NCBI RefSeq assembly: GCF_011386835.1
Contig: NC_088794.1
Coordinates: 4,836,001-4,900,000, forward strand
Source of the DNA: Chrysemys picta bellii
Taxonomy: Eukaryota
Reading direction: 5' to 3'
Length of the DNA stretch: 64,000 nucleotides
The stretch's first letter is position 1. Every line of letters begins with the position of its first letter. Positions 9,337-21,697 of this stretch are shown here, in pieces. The position numbers and the translations under genes are program-made. Under the pieces are notes generated by a model. That model had not been told where the DNA came from and did no database searches. It saw only the letters and a program-made list of their open reading frames with translations.

Positions 9337-10311
9337 TGTGACATACCAGGGTCCAACCCAGACTAATCAGCAGGTGTGTCACACCTGCCTGCAACCCGGC
9401 AATGCCTTGCTGAAGTGGCTTCCACCTGGGTCACTCACAAACAACCGTCTAGCAGGCAAATCACACCCTGAGCATGTGTGTGTAACTGCAGCCTGGCCGG
9501 GAATAGTTGGGTTACACTCAGGCTCTCACCACCCTTGGTTATACTGCAGGGTGACCCCAACACGCTCCCCAGTCTTTGATTTCCCTCCCGAAATGTACGT
9601 CCTGTGCTGCCCAGTCCTCTCCTGGACAATACAAGTTACAGTGTCTGTTATTTCTTTAACAGCACTAATATCCATGCAACTTAGCTTCTCAGACACTTTA
9701 AACACACTGGATTAGATAAAACAACCCCGTCCCCCACAAAGTTTATTGACTTGAAAGATAGATTTTAAGTGAGTGCAAATAAGGAGGCACAGAAGTCAGA
9801 CATGGTTACAAAAAGAAAATAAAGCTACAATGCAACTTGTGCCTAAGTTAACAAATAAGGTGAAATTCAAAGCAAAAGTTTTCTAACCACATGCTTTCAG
9901 CCGTGTTACTGACCAAACTACTTAGGTCAGGACCCCTCTCACAGTCCAATGGCTGCTTCCTTTATCCCTTCAGATGCGGTGAATCAGTGGGTAGAGGCAG
10001 AGATAGAGAGAGAGAGTGAGCGCTGCTTTCGGATGTTTGTCCCTTCTTTTTATAGTCCTATCTCCGCTTTGAGAAACATTTTCACCTGGTTACCAGGAGA
10101 CAAAAGCTCTATGTAGAAGGATGTTCCCTGCTGCTTTTTCCTCACCTTTTTGGTCTTCCTTTGTTTCCCTTCCTGCTTGATGACTCTGGTTACTCTTTAG
10201 ATAGAAAATTAAGCAGTGCACACATTTCTTTGTTTAAGACAGACCAGTTTGCCAGCCTGAGTTTGGAACATGTATTAATAACCTGATATAGTGTCATCTT
10301 ATAACTTCACA
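9337..10311. mobile_element. Solo LTR family C
   Basis: TGTGACATACC...ATAACTTCACA termini; four paralogous copies; no TSD seen. Confidence 0.7.
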
Positions 10312-10313
10312 CA

Positions 10314-11096
10314 CAGTAACTCCTCACTTAACATTGTAGTTATGTTCCTGAAAAATGCAACTTTAATTCTTATGAGGAAATTGAATTCACTTAACACCGT
10401 TTTGCTTAATGTAAATGGGGGGGTTAGGTTCCAGGGAATTTTTTTTTGCCAGACAAAAGGCATTATATACATTTAAAAAAATTTAACAAGCAATTTAATA
10501 CAGGTATAAATTTTTAAAGTAACAGTTTAATACTACAACCATCATTGCTGAATGTGAAGCAATGGGAGGGGCCCCCGCCGAACCCCACACAGGCACAGCC
10601 CAGTGGCACTGCAGACAATGAGGCAGGCAAGGAGGCTGAAGTTGCCGTAGGTAGGAGAAGCAAGTTGCACAGCAGCAGTGGCAGCTTCCCCTACTGTGCA
10701 AGCACCAGGGGCTTAACCTTCGGCCCACCCACTCCACCCCTTCCCCCAAGACCCCACCCTTAAGCCGCCTCCTCTCCCCCGACCTCCTCCCCCTTTACTC
10801 TGCACGTCGCGTCCTCGCTCCTCCCCTGCCTCCTAAACGCCGCAAATCAGCTGATTGCCGTGGGCAGGAGGGGGGAGGAGCAGGGGGAAGGCGCTGATCC
10901 ATGCAGTCCACCGGTGGGAGGCACTGCGGTGGCATAGGGGAGCTGATAGAGGGGCTGCCAGCTGTGGACAAAGCAGGCAGCCAAACGACCTTATAGCAAA
11001 GCATTGCACAACTTTAAACGAGCAGGTTCTGTAATGGAGCGGGAAAGTAAGATCAAAACAACGTTAAGCGAGAGGACGTTAAGTGGAGAGTTACTG
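10314..11096. mobile_element. Tigger/pogo-like MITE
   Basis: TIR CAGTAACTCCTCACTTAAC/GTTAAGTGGAGAGTTACTG; flanks CA/TA; empty site ACA-TA-CATTATC at about 54371-54382. Confidence 0.75.
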
Positions 11097-12570
11097 TACA
11101 TTATCAAAAATATTGTATTAATATTTACAATGAGAGCATGACTATTTCTAGTTGACTCATAGCTTTATTTAGCATCTTAAAGCTGAGCTCTGAGTGCAGA
11201 TAATATGCATGCAAGAGGGATAGTTTTGTGAACTGCAGAAATCCGTAGCACGCTGTGGTCTCCTCCTGAGCTCCTCTGGTCATCATGTGGTCTCCATGAA
11301 GCAAAATGAGTGCACCTATCCTTCCTACTTTGGGGAGTAACCTAGCAAGGGAAGGACATAGAATACCATGGTGATTAGCATGGTATAAATAGATGGATAA
11401 TCTGGAGTACTCTTACATGTCTTACAGGTTTTACAGTCCACCTATTGGGGCCAGGACACTGAGGTGATTCTGAAACCAGGAATGACTGACAAGATATCAG
11501 TTACAGCTACAAACAATTAGTACATTTCACCTGTATCTAACTTTCTGTTCCTTTGATTCGAAATTTGTTGAAATTTTTTTATGAGATGTGTTTTTCCTGG
11601 GAAATTGGATTTTCCATTCAACTATTTTCTCCATGAAATTATTTTTTACTTGGAAATTATAAGTTTCCCATCAAAATACTAAACTCCCCATCTCCCTAAA
11701 CCATGGCTCTGGGACTCTGGTGATGTTCCAGGGAAGTTCAGCAAGAGGAGAGACCATCATGCATCATGGGGTATGTGGTCTAGCCTGGGAGCCTGGCCCA
11801 TAGCGGAGATTGGTGCTGTGTGGTATCTGATGCACCTCTTTGGTATTTCTGAGCAAAAAGATTTCGGTCTTCACAAACAAACCCCCTTTGTGGATCAGCT
11901 CTACACAATACCCGGCTTGCACTGAAAACAGAAGGATGAAATATACCCCTAACCTCATACTCTGTAACTCTGGTAGGAATTGCATCATTTAATAACACAG
12001 TAGGAAAGAGTGGGCCAAATTAATCCCCAGGGCATGAATTACACCGAAGGTGGCTTTGGTTCACTGAATGCATTAATTAGGTGTTATGGCTCTGTTAGCT
12101 CAGGTATTCCCAGTTGCTCCAGGAATCATGTCCTACAGATCACACATCTCAGTATAAAACTTCCCGAATGCTCCAAACTGGCAGTTTCTGTCAATGGGGA
12201 AACACCACCACATCTCTCTCTTCTCAGCAGGTAAGTGTTATTATCCTGAATTACAGTCACACACACAAATACACACCATGATGATCAGCAGGTATTGAAT
12301 TCAAGACCTCCAGCACTAAAAGCCTCAGCCCCAACTCCTACCCCTGACTGAGATGATTTTCACCCTGATTCTCTTACAGCAGAGTCACAAGTCACTGTTT
12401 GCTGCTCGGATTAGTGAACAGGAGTCTTCGTATGCGGGGCATGATTAACCTGCGTGTCAGTGTATTTACACTGTGTGTATTTTATCATACAACTGGAATG
12501 ACCAGCTGTGAACGTCCGCACCATCCACCTGCCCACATCTCTGTAGCTGCCAGATCTCTGTTCAGAGGAG

Positions 12571-13509
12571 ATGGAAAAGGGAAATCACTCGGAGGTGACT
12601 GAGTTCATTCTCTCAGGACTGACAGATCGTCCGGAGCTGCAGGTCCTCCTGTTTGGGGTGTTCCTAGTGGTTTATGGTATCACCCTGGTGGGAAATGGGG
12701 GGATGATCTTCTTAATCACCATTGATCGTCGACTGCACATCCCCATGTACTTTTTCCTCAGTAATTTGTCTTTCTGTGACCTCTGCTATTCCTCGATAAT
12801 TTCCCCTAAGTTGCTGCAAAATTTCTTAGCCCACAAGAAAAGCATTTCTTACACTGCCTGTGCTGTGCAAGTATATCTCTCAATTGTTTTTGCAGATGTT
12901 GAGTGCCTGTTGCTGGCTGTGATGGCGTATGACCGTTATGTGGCCATCTGTAACCCGCTGCTCTATACGGTCACCATGTCCAGGCAGCTTTGTAAACAGC
13001 TAGTTGCTGGGGTGTACGCTGTGGGGTTGGTGGATTCAGTGATATATACGTGTTTTACATTTCGGCTGTCATTCTGCAGCTCCAACATCATCAATCATTT
13101 CTTCTGCGACATCCCCCCACTGCTGGCGCTCTCCTGTTCTGACACCCAGATCAATGAGATTGTGATGTTTACTTTATCGTGCTGCATTATAGTGAGCAGC
13201 CTTGTGACTGTCCTCCTCTCCTATGTCTATATCATCTCCACCATCCTGCAGATCCGCTCCGCCGAGGGCCGGCGCAAAGCCTTCTCCACGTGCACTTTCC
13301 ACTTGACTGCTGTGGCCCTGTATTTTGGCACCCTCCTCTTCGTGTATTTACGTCCCACCTACAGCTATTTCATGGACACAGACAAAGTGGCCTCAGTGTT
13401 TTACACGCTGGTGATCCCCATGTTGAACCCCCTCATCTACAGCCTGAGGAACACGGAGGTAAAGGATGCCCTGAGGAAAGCAATGAATAAACTCCTAACC
13501 AATTCTTGA
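12571..13509 (+). CDS. Olfactory receptor, class II, 312 aa (OR#2)
   Basis: Intact ORF with [22 protein letters not shown] and [12 protein letters not shown]. Confidence 0.97.
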   Translation: MEKGNHSEVTEFILSGLTDRPELQVLLFGVFLVVYGITLVGNGGMIFLITIDRRLHIPMYFFLSNLSFCDLCYSSIISPKLLQNFLAHKKSISYTACAVQVYLSIVFADVECLLLAVMAYDRYVAICNPLLYTVTMSRQLCKQLVAGVYAVGLVDSVIYTCFTFRLSFCSSNIINHFFCDIPPLLALSCSDTQINEIVMFTLSCCIIVSSLVTVLLSYVYIISTILQIRSAEGRRKAFSTCTFHLTAVALYFGTLLFVYLRPTYSYFMDTDKVASVFYTLVIPMLNPLIYSLRNTEVKDALRKAMNKLLTNS

Positions 13510-13927
13510 ATCTGTCTAACTATTTTATCGTTTAGTGATGGGGAGTGGAAACAGGTGAATTCAATTCCCAGCCCATTGCAATGTAATTTTGCAGAGCCCA
13601 TTGCAGTATTGTTCATTATTATATTGTTTTTATTTTTAATTTGTTTGTATTCCAACAAGGTCTGCAGGCCCCAAATGAGATCAGTGGACAAAATACGGGA
13701 AGAATCACAGGTCCAGAGTGAGAGATTGATTCTATAAGCTGGTGGCTAGGGGCACCCACCTGGAGGGTGAGATGCTCAACTTCACGTCTCTGTTCCAGTG
13801 GTTATTTAATTAGTTATCCACAGTAGAAGAACTTTGAAAGGAGAGATTGAGAGCAAGCCAGACTGGAAGAGCACATCATTCAGGGGCTGGGATGCTTTCT
13901 GGAAATGCAGGAAACCCAAGTGCAGAG

Positions 13928-14170
13928 TGTGATGGGTTCAAACTGATGTGCTGAAATTACCTCTGATCCCATTTTCCCTGCCAGCCTGGACCTCCAGAAC
14001 CCTGCCTTGTTGAGCCAGACATGCTAGCCTGCTGCAACACAGACCCAGGGTCTCGGCCACGACCCCAGAGCTGCAGATCTAGACTGAAACCAGCTCAGCA
14101 GGAGACCTGTCTCCAGCACGCAGACACCCAGCTCCCAATGGGATCTAAACCTCAAATAAATCCATTTTAC
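13928..14170 (-). mobile_element. Truncated LTR A fragment
   Basis: Same fragment and same junction as 3282-3524. Confidence 0.8.
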
Positions 14171-16098
14171 ACAGCAGCCTATCTGGGTTCCCCTCTGGGT
14201 CAGACACTTCTGCATCCACCAAAAGGAAAGGTGACCCTGGTCCGGTTGTGGGCTCCCAGCTACCAGCTTTGACAGCCCTTCACTGGCCAGCAAAATCCCC
14301 TTCTTTCCCCCAGGTTAGGCTTGGTTCCAGCTACAGAGTCCCTGGGGTCTGTTCCCACCACAGTGGTTACCAGGACCCCAACTTCCACCATGTTTCTGTG
14401 CACCCCAGGGCAGGGCCTGTCCCCTGTCGACCTGCATCTTCCTGGAAGTCAACCTTGGGACAGATTCTGCCACATCAAAGAAATCATTCCCCTGTTGAAA
14501 CGGTGCATAATTGTGTGCCACTGTTGCAACAGTCAGCTCAGCTTGCAAATCACCACTTTCCAGGTGTACCTTAGCTAACGGTGCAACGACTTTGTAACCT
14601 CCCACCAGTTCTAATTCTGCCATTTTCCCTGCAACAAATCGTTCTCCTGGATCAGGTCCCTCCTGACCACAGAAATGTCTGCACCCGTGTCCCTCAAGCC
14701 TAGGAGTACTTTCGCCTTAAGTTTAACTGCATGCATATGCTCACGGCTTCGTTGTGTAGAAGCAAACTTTACAAATCCTGTGTGGAAAGAGGCAGTAGCC
14801 TGGCCCTCAGACGCAGCAGTTTCATGTGTTACCTGCTGCCTGTTCCCACTCAGCAAGGGACATTTATTCCTCTGCGCTCAGTGGACTTACAATGAAAGCA
14901 CCTCTTGGGCTCCTCTGCTTGTATAGGGATAAAACAGTGATTCTGCTTTCCACCAACCCTGCACCCCTCTACCCCCAACCCTGTACTCCTCTACCCCCAG
15001 CCCTGTACCCCTCTACCCCCCAGCCCTGCACCCCTCTGCCAGCAGTTTACGTTTAATTGCCACTTGCGATGGCTCAAAAGAGTCTCCAAACTCCACACCC
15101 TGCATCCACATTTTTGTCCCACTAATACTGTTTTACATCATCACTGCACATATTCAGGAATTGTTCCTGAGTAAGCAAATCACACATTTCTTCCAAGCTT
15201 GTCATGCCTTTTCCCCTCACGCACTTATCTAACAAATCTCTCATTTCATTTATATAAGCCACATTACTCAATCCAGATCCCCTTTTAAGATACCTGAATT
15301 TAACCCTGTAGGTTTCTGGTATAATCTGAAACTGTTTCAAAACCAGTTCCTTAAATTTACCATAGTTTCAAGCATCATGAATAGGCATCTTATTGAATAT
15401 GTCCAGAGCTCTCCCAGTCCATTTTGCTACCAATGTGGTCATTCTTTGATTGTCAGGAATTGTACGGAGGGGGCACAGTCTCTCAAAGGTGATGAAATAT
15501 TTGGCAATGTCACTCATCAGACAGCGGACATAGTCATTCCCATTTGTGGAGTTTTGGGGAAGTGGGGCCACGTGCTGGAGGGTTTTGTCTCTTCCCCTCC
15601 ATAACAGCCAGTTCATGTTTCTGGGCCTCAATCTGGGCCTGTATTTCTCTGTCTCTTAACTCCAGGGCCAATTTGTCCCTGGCTGCCTCTGCTTCCATAG
15701 CCCTTTTGTGCGCAGTTCTCTCTGCTTCTTTGAACTTCAATTGAAACTCCCGGTCCTTTGCCTTCTCCTCTGCTTCCAGTCTGGCCAGCTCTCGTTTAGC
15801 AGGTGCCTCCACTCAGCTCAGGGGCTTCTTAGTTAACAAAGATTTTCCTAGCGCCCAGTGTTCAGCCTTTCTGGGCAGTCTGCAACTTGCGCAGTTCCAG
15901 CTTCTTCTGATCTTCACTCTTACTTATTCTGCTTAGTTTTCTGTCCCTATTTCCCTTACTCAAAATAAGGAAACAGAAAATAACAAACAAGTCACCACTT
16001 TGTCTGTTCTCCACCCACCAGACCCAAAACTCACTTAAAATCACTACCAGTGTTTCAAAGCAATCAGCTGTGCACAGGATCCTGCTCAACTTTGCCAC
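14171..16098 (-). mobile_element. Internally deleted SCAN-gag Gypsy retrotransposon, copy 2
   Basis: Gag/SCAN (about 14855-15812) and protease (about 14465-14730) remnants; 4-unit minisatellite at 14953-15040; no MITEs. Confidence 0.85.
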
Positions 16099-17246
16099 TG
16101 TCACGGGTTGGGTCACAGAAACCAGTTTGGGACTGCACCCGATGTGCCGAGACTACCTCTGAGACTGTTTTCCCTGCCAGCTTTCCCTTGCCTGCTGCAA
16201 ACACCGATCCAAGTCTTAACCACGTCCCCCACAAGCTGCAGGCTTCAGTGAAAACATTTTGTGAAGTCCTCCTGTCTCTAGTACTCAGATACCCAGCTCC
16301 CAGTGGGGTCCAAACCTCAAATAAATCCATTTTACCCTGTATAAAGCTTATACAAGGTAAACTCTTGAATTGTTCATCCTCTATAACACTGATACAGAGA
16401 TATGCACAGCGGTTTGCTCTCCCCCCCCCCCAAGGTATTAAAACATACTCTGGGTTAATAAATAAGTAAAAAGTGATTTCATTAAATACAAAAAGTAGGA
16501 TTTAAGTGGTTCCAAGTAATAACAGACAGAATAAAGTAAATTACCAAACACAATAAAACAAAACAGACTAATACAGTAAAAACTAAATGCAGGTAAATCT
16601 CACCCTCACAGATCTTCCAATAAGCCTCTTTTACAGACTAGACTTAATCCTAGTCTAGGTCCAGCAATCACTCACACCCCTGTAGTTACTGTCCTCTGTT
16701 TCAGTTTCTTTCAGACATCTCCTTGGGGTGGAGAGGCTATCTTTTGTGCCAGCTGAGGATAAAACGGAGGGGTTTCCCCAGGAACTTATATAGTTTTTCT
16801 CCTGTGGGTGGAAACCCCTTCCCCTCTCCCATACAGAATCTAGCTCCAAGATGGAGGTTTGGAATCACATGGGCAAGTCACATGTCCATGCATGACGCAG
16901 TTCCTTACAGGCCGATGCCACTTTCCCTGGAAAGCTCAGATGTGGATTGGCGTCTCTCAAAGTTCATTGTTAGCTTAAGTGTTTCTTGATCGGGCACTTA
17001 CTGAGAATAGTCTTTTCTCAAGAAGCTGACCAACTGCTTCACTGTTTAAAATCAAACAAGTACATAGCCAGTATTCATAACTTTGAATACAAAAATGAGA
17101 TATGCATGAAAATAGGATGAATATGTCCAGCAGATCACAACCTTTGCAGAGATCTGTTACATGGCCTATCTAGCATAGAACGTATTTCAGTTATATCATA
17201 TTTACACCCATAAGCATATTACTAGAAAGCATTATGGGGTGCAACA
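16099..17246 (-). mobile_element. Gypsy LTR family B (copy 2)
   Basis: TGTCACGGG...GGTGCAACA termini; PBS adjacent. Confidence 0.9.
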
Positions 17247-18429
17247 TCACACTCTGTTTCACGGACTATAAGTTATAGGAAATAAATAATATTAACAAAA
17301 GCATAATCGAGAGGGAGCTGGCATGCTCGGAGATATTTTGTAGCAGCATCTGCAGAGATGCTGCAGAAATCTTCAATGTTAACCACCAGTTTGGGGAATA
17401 CCCTCCTTTTTGCAGCCTGCCCTGACCTTGGCATTTTCAGTGAGGACTGCCCCAGGCACCTCCGGGTCACAGGAGGCAGAGAAGCCAGGAGGAGGATTTA
17501 TGAGCATGACTCCTAGAGGAAATAGGGGCATAGTGTTTCCTGGGCACAGACCTGGAGTGACAGACATGGGAATTTCTGAATAAGGGGATTCTGAAATTAG
17601 GAATAGGTGAGACCATCATGCATCATGGGGTATGTGGTCCAGCCTGGGAGCCTGGCCCATAGAGGAGATTGGTGCTGTGTGGTATCTGATGCACCCCTTT
17701 GGTATTTCTGAGCAAAAAGATTTCGGTCTTCACAAACAAACCCCCTTTGTGGATCAGCTCTACACAGTACCCGGCTTGCACTGAAAACAGCAGGATGAAA
17801 TATACCCTTAACCTCATACTCTGTAACTCTGGTAGAAATTGCATCATTTAATAACACAGTAGAAAAGAGTAGGCAAAATTAATCCCCAGGGCATGAATTA
17901 CACCGGAGGTGGCTTTGGTTCACTGAATGCATTTATTAGGTGTTATGGCTCTCTGAGCTCAGCTATTCCCAGTTGCTCCAGGAATCATGTCCCACAGATG
18001 ACACATCTCAATATAAAACTTCCCAAATGCTCCAAACTGGCAGTTACTGTCATTGGGGAAACACCACCACATCTCTCTCTTCTCAGCAGGTACGTGTTAT
18101 TATCCTGAATTACAGACACACACACACATACACACCATAATGATCAGCAGGTATTAAATTCAAGACCTCCAGCACTAAAAGCCTCAGCCCCAACTCGTAC
18201 CCCTGACTGAGATGATTTTCACCCTGATTCTCTTACAGCAGAGTCACAAGTCACTGTTTGCTGCTCGGATTAGTGAGCAGTTGTCTTCGTATGCGGGGCA
18301 TGATTAACCTGCGTGTCAGTGTATTTACACTGTGTGTATTTTATCATACAACTGGAATGACCAGCTGTGAACATCCGCACCATCCACCTGCCCACATCTC
18401 TGTAGCTGCCAGATCTCTGTTCAGAGGAG

Positions 18430-19365
18430 ATGGAAAAGGGAAATCACTCAGAGGTGACTGAGTTCATTCTCTCAGGACTGACAGATCGTCCGGAGCTGCA
18501 GGTCCTCCTGTTTGGGGTGTTCCTAGTGGTTTATGGTATCACCCTGGTGGGAAATGGGGGGATGATCTTCTTAATCACCATTGATCCCCGACTCCACACC
18601 CCCATGTACTTTTTCCTCAGTAATTTGTCTTTCTGTGATCTCTGCTATTCCTCGATAATTTCCCCTAAGATGCTGCAAAATTTCTTAGCCGAGAGGAAAA
18701 GCATTTCTTACACTGCCTGCGCTGTGCAACAATATCTCTCAATTGTTTTTGGAGATGTTGAGTGCCTCTTGCTGGCTGTGATGGCGTATGACCGTTATGT
18801 GGCCATCTGTAACCCGCTGCTCTATACGGTCACCATGTCCAGGCAGCTTTGTAACCAACTAGTGGTTGGGGCATACGCTGTGGGGTTGGTGGATTCAATG
18901 ATTCAGTGTTTTACATTTCGGCTGTCATTCTGCAACTCCAACATCATCAATCATTTCTTCTGTGACATCCCCCCACTGTTGGCGCTCTCCTGTTCTGACA
19001 CCCGCAACAAAGAGATTGCGATGTTTGTTTTTATGAGCTGCATTCTAGTGAGCAGCCTTGTCACTGTCCTCCTCTCCTATGTCTATATCATCTCCACCAT
19101 CCTGCAGATCCGCTCCGCCGAGGGGAGGCACAAAGCCTTCTCCACCTGCACTTTCCACTTGACTGCTGTAGCCCTGTATTTTGGCACCCTCCTCTTCATG
19201 TATTTACGTCCCACCTACAGCTATTTCATGGACACAGACAAAGTGGCCTCAGTGTTTTACACGCTGGTGATCCCCATGATGAACCCCCTCATCTACAGCC
19301 TGAGGAACACGGAGGTGAAGGATGCTGTGAAGAGAGCAATGAATAAACTCCTAACCAATTCTTGA
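18430..19365 (+). CDS. Olfactory receptor, class II, 311 aa (OR#3)
   Basis: Intact ORF with canonical OR motifs; near-identical to OR#1 and OR#6. Confidence 0.97.
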   Translation: MEKGNHSEVTEFILSGLTDRPELQVLLFGVFLVVYGITLVGNGGMIFLITIDPRLHTPMYFFLSNLSFCDLCYSSIISPKMLQNFLAERKSISYTACAVQQYLSIVFGDVECLLLAVMAYDRYVAICNPLLYTVTMSRQLCNQLVVGAYAVGLVDSMIQCFTFRLSFCNSNIINHFFCDIPPLLALSCSDTRNKEIAMFVFMSCILVSSLVTVLLSYVYIISTILQIRSAEGRHKAFSTCTFHLTAVALYFGTLLFMYLRPTYSYFMDTDKVASVFYTLVIPMMNPLIYSLRNTEVKDAVKRAMNKLLTNS

Positions 19366-19783
19366 ATCTGTTTAACTCTTTATTCATTTCGTGATGGGGA
19401 GTGGAAACAGGTGAATTCAATTCCCAGCCCATTGCAATGTAATTTTGCAGAGCCCGTGGGAATATTGTTCATTATTATATTGTTATTATTTTTAATTTGT
19501 TTGTATTCCAACAAGGTCTGCAGGCCCCAAATGAGATCAGTGGACAAAATACAGGAAGAATCACAGGTCCAGAAAGAGAGATTGATTCTATAAGCTGGTG
19601 GCTAGGGGCACCCACTTGGAGGGTGAGATTCTCAACTTCACGTCTCTGTTCCAATGGTTATTTAATTAGTTATCCACAGTAGAAGAACTTTGAAAGGAGA
19701 GATTGAGAGCAACCCAGACTGGAATTGCACATCACTCTGGGGCTGGGATGCTTTCTGGAAATGCAGGAAACCCAAGTGCAGAG

Positions 19784-20929
19784 TGTAATGGGTTCGGTCA
19801 CAGAGACCCCCATTGGGACTGTCAACTGATGTGCTGAAATTACCTCTGATCGCATTTTCCCTGCCAGCCTGGACCTCCAGAACCCTGCCTTGTTGAGCCA
19901 GACATGCTAACCTGCTGCAGCACAGACCCAGGGTCTCGGCCACGACCCCAGAGCTGCAGATCTAGACTGAAACCAGCTCAGCAGGAGACCTGTCTCCGGC
20001 AGGCCGACACCCAGCTCCCAACGGGATCTGAATCCCAAATAAATAAATACAGGGTAAAATGATTAATGTTCCCCATCTATATCACTGCAAGAGAGCTATG
20101 CACAGCTGTTTGCCCCCCAAGGTAACCATTACTTACAGTTAGTTTATAAATAAACAAAAGTGATTTTATTAAGTATAAAAAGAAGAATTTAAGTGGTTTT
20201 CAGTAGTAACAGACAGAACAAAGTAAATCACAAAGTAAAATAAAGCAAAACACGCAAGGCTAAGCTTAATACACCCAGAAATCAATTCCAAAATGTTAAC
20301 TTCTCATCCCAGTTGTTACTTCAGGTAAAATCCTTCTCAGGTCAGATAAAAGAGACTGGACCCAGGTCAGAAAAGGTCAACCACTCCTGTGGTTACAGTC
20401 CTTTTGTTTCCAGGTGCTTGCAGGTATCTCTGTGGGGTCGGGAGGCCGTCTCTTACGCCAGGTGAAGACACTCATTGTTAGCTTCCCAACTTGATATAGA
20501 ACTTCCCTAAGGTGGAAAACCCTTCTTTGGGTTTCCACCCCCGTCTGGAAAAGTACCAGCTTCAAGATGGATTTCAGTATCAGGTGACATGGTTACATGT
20601 CACTGTAACACCCCAGTCTCCATTCTTCCTGGGTTGGCCCACACATAGACAGGAAGACTTGCAGGTAAACAGAGCCATTCTCAGTTCATAGATTCTGAAG
20701 AACCCTTAATGGCCTCCACTTAATATGTCTCCATCAGTGATACAAGTTTATATCTTATTCTCCTAATTCCAGACATAGAAATAATCCATGCAAAGAAATA
20801 GGATGAACACACTTAGTAGATTATGATCTTTAAAATAGTATGTTACATGGGGCACTTAGCCTAAAGCATATTCCAGTTATATCATATTCACAAGCATATT
20901 TTCATAAGCATATGGAGTGCAGTGTCACA
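19784..20929 (-). mobile_element. Solo LTR family A
   Basis: TGTAATGGG...AGTGTCACA termini; flanks CAGAG/CATGG, consistent with an ancestral CATAG TSD. Strand inferred from collinearity with LTR B. Confidence 0.8.
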
Positions 20930-20944
20930 CATGGCTCTGCCCAG

Positions 20945-21012
20945 TACTGGACAGAAGGGGGAACTGAACCGGGCTCTCCCATCTCACAAGTGAACACGCC
21001 AACTACTGGGCT
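20945..21012 (-). repeat. Degenerate tRNA-derived (SINE-like) segment
   Basis: Minus strand TAGCCCAGTAG (A box-like) ... GGTTCAGTTCC (B box-like); paralogs at about 28010, 37430, 46035, 52250 and 58805; no cloverleaf. Confidence 0.4.
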
Positions 21013-21697
21013 AAAAATTACAAAGGGAAAGACCATCACTGCCTCCTACAGTGGCCATGTTGCAACCAGCACCTAAATCCTGCCCCCGCACACACACACT
21101 CTTCTGGGACAAAGCTATTAGGAGAATTTGTAACACATTTGTGAGTAGTTTCAGGTCAATCCAAACGGTATTGTTTTTGACAAGAAATTATTAGTCCAGA
21201 AGAAATTCATCCATATCTAGAAACCTTTGTGTCCCAATGCTGGGAAATACTGTCTCTGTGTGTGTGAAGTATTAATCAAATTAAGAGTTGACATTCCTGA
21301 GAAATTGTATAATCCCGAGTGAATGCTTTTTACTCTCGTTTCCAGTATCAGAAACTATTGTATTAATATTGGCAGTGAGAGCATTTCTAGTTGACTCAGA
21401 CATTTATTTAGCATCTTAAAGCTGAGCTCTGTGTGCAGATAATATGTATGCAAGGGGGATAGTTTTGTGAAGTCCGTAGCATGCTAGTGTTCTCGCAGAT
21501 GCTTCGTTTTTTGAGAGCAGTTTCCCCTGAAGATATTGTGGTCTATGGTAGGAGTAGGTTATTTAATTGGGTCTCTGGTGTATATTTCTATGCTTCCACT
21601 TAATGACCATAATGACTTTGATTTATTTATATACCTGTTTTCAATATGCCACATTTTACTGTGTTTACTAGCTTGAGTTGTTAGAAAGGATGATAAA

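Noticed and set aside
9206-9715. 169/190/115-aa ORFs recurring at 9206, 61257, 53457 and 31735
   Set aside because: They cross the LTR C boundary; lengths and starts vary between paralogs; no recognisable domain.
20945-21012. tRNA gene
   Set aside because: Only degenerate A/B-box-like sequence; no acceptor stem or anticodon arm; part of an old repeat.
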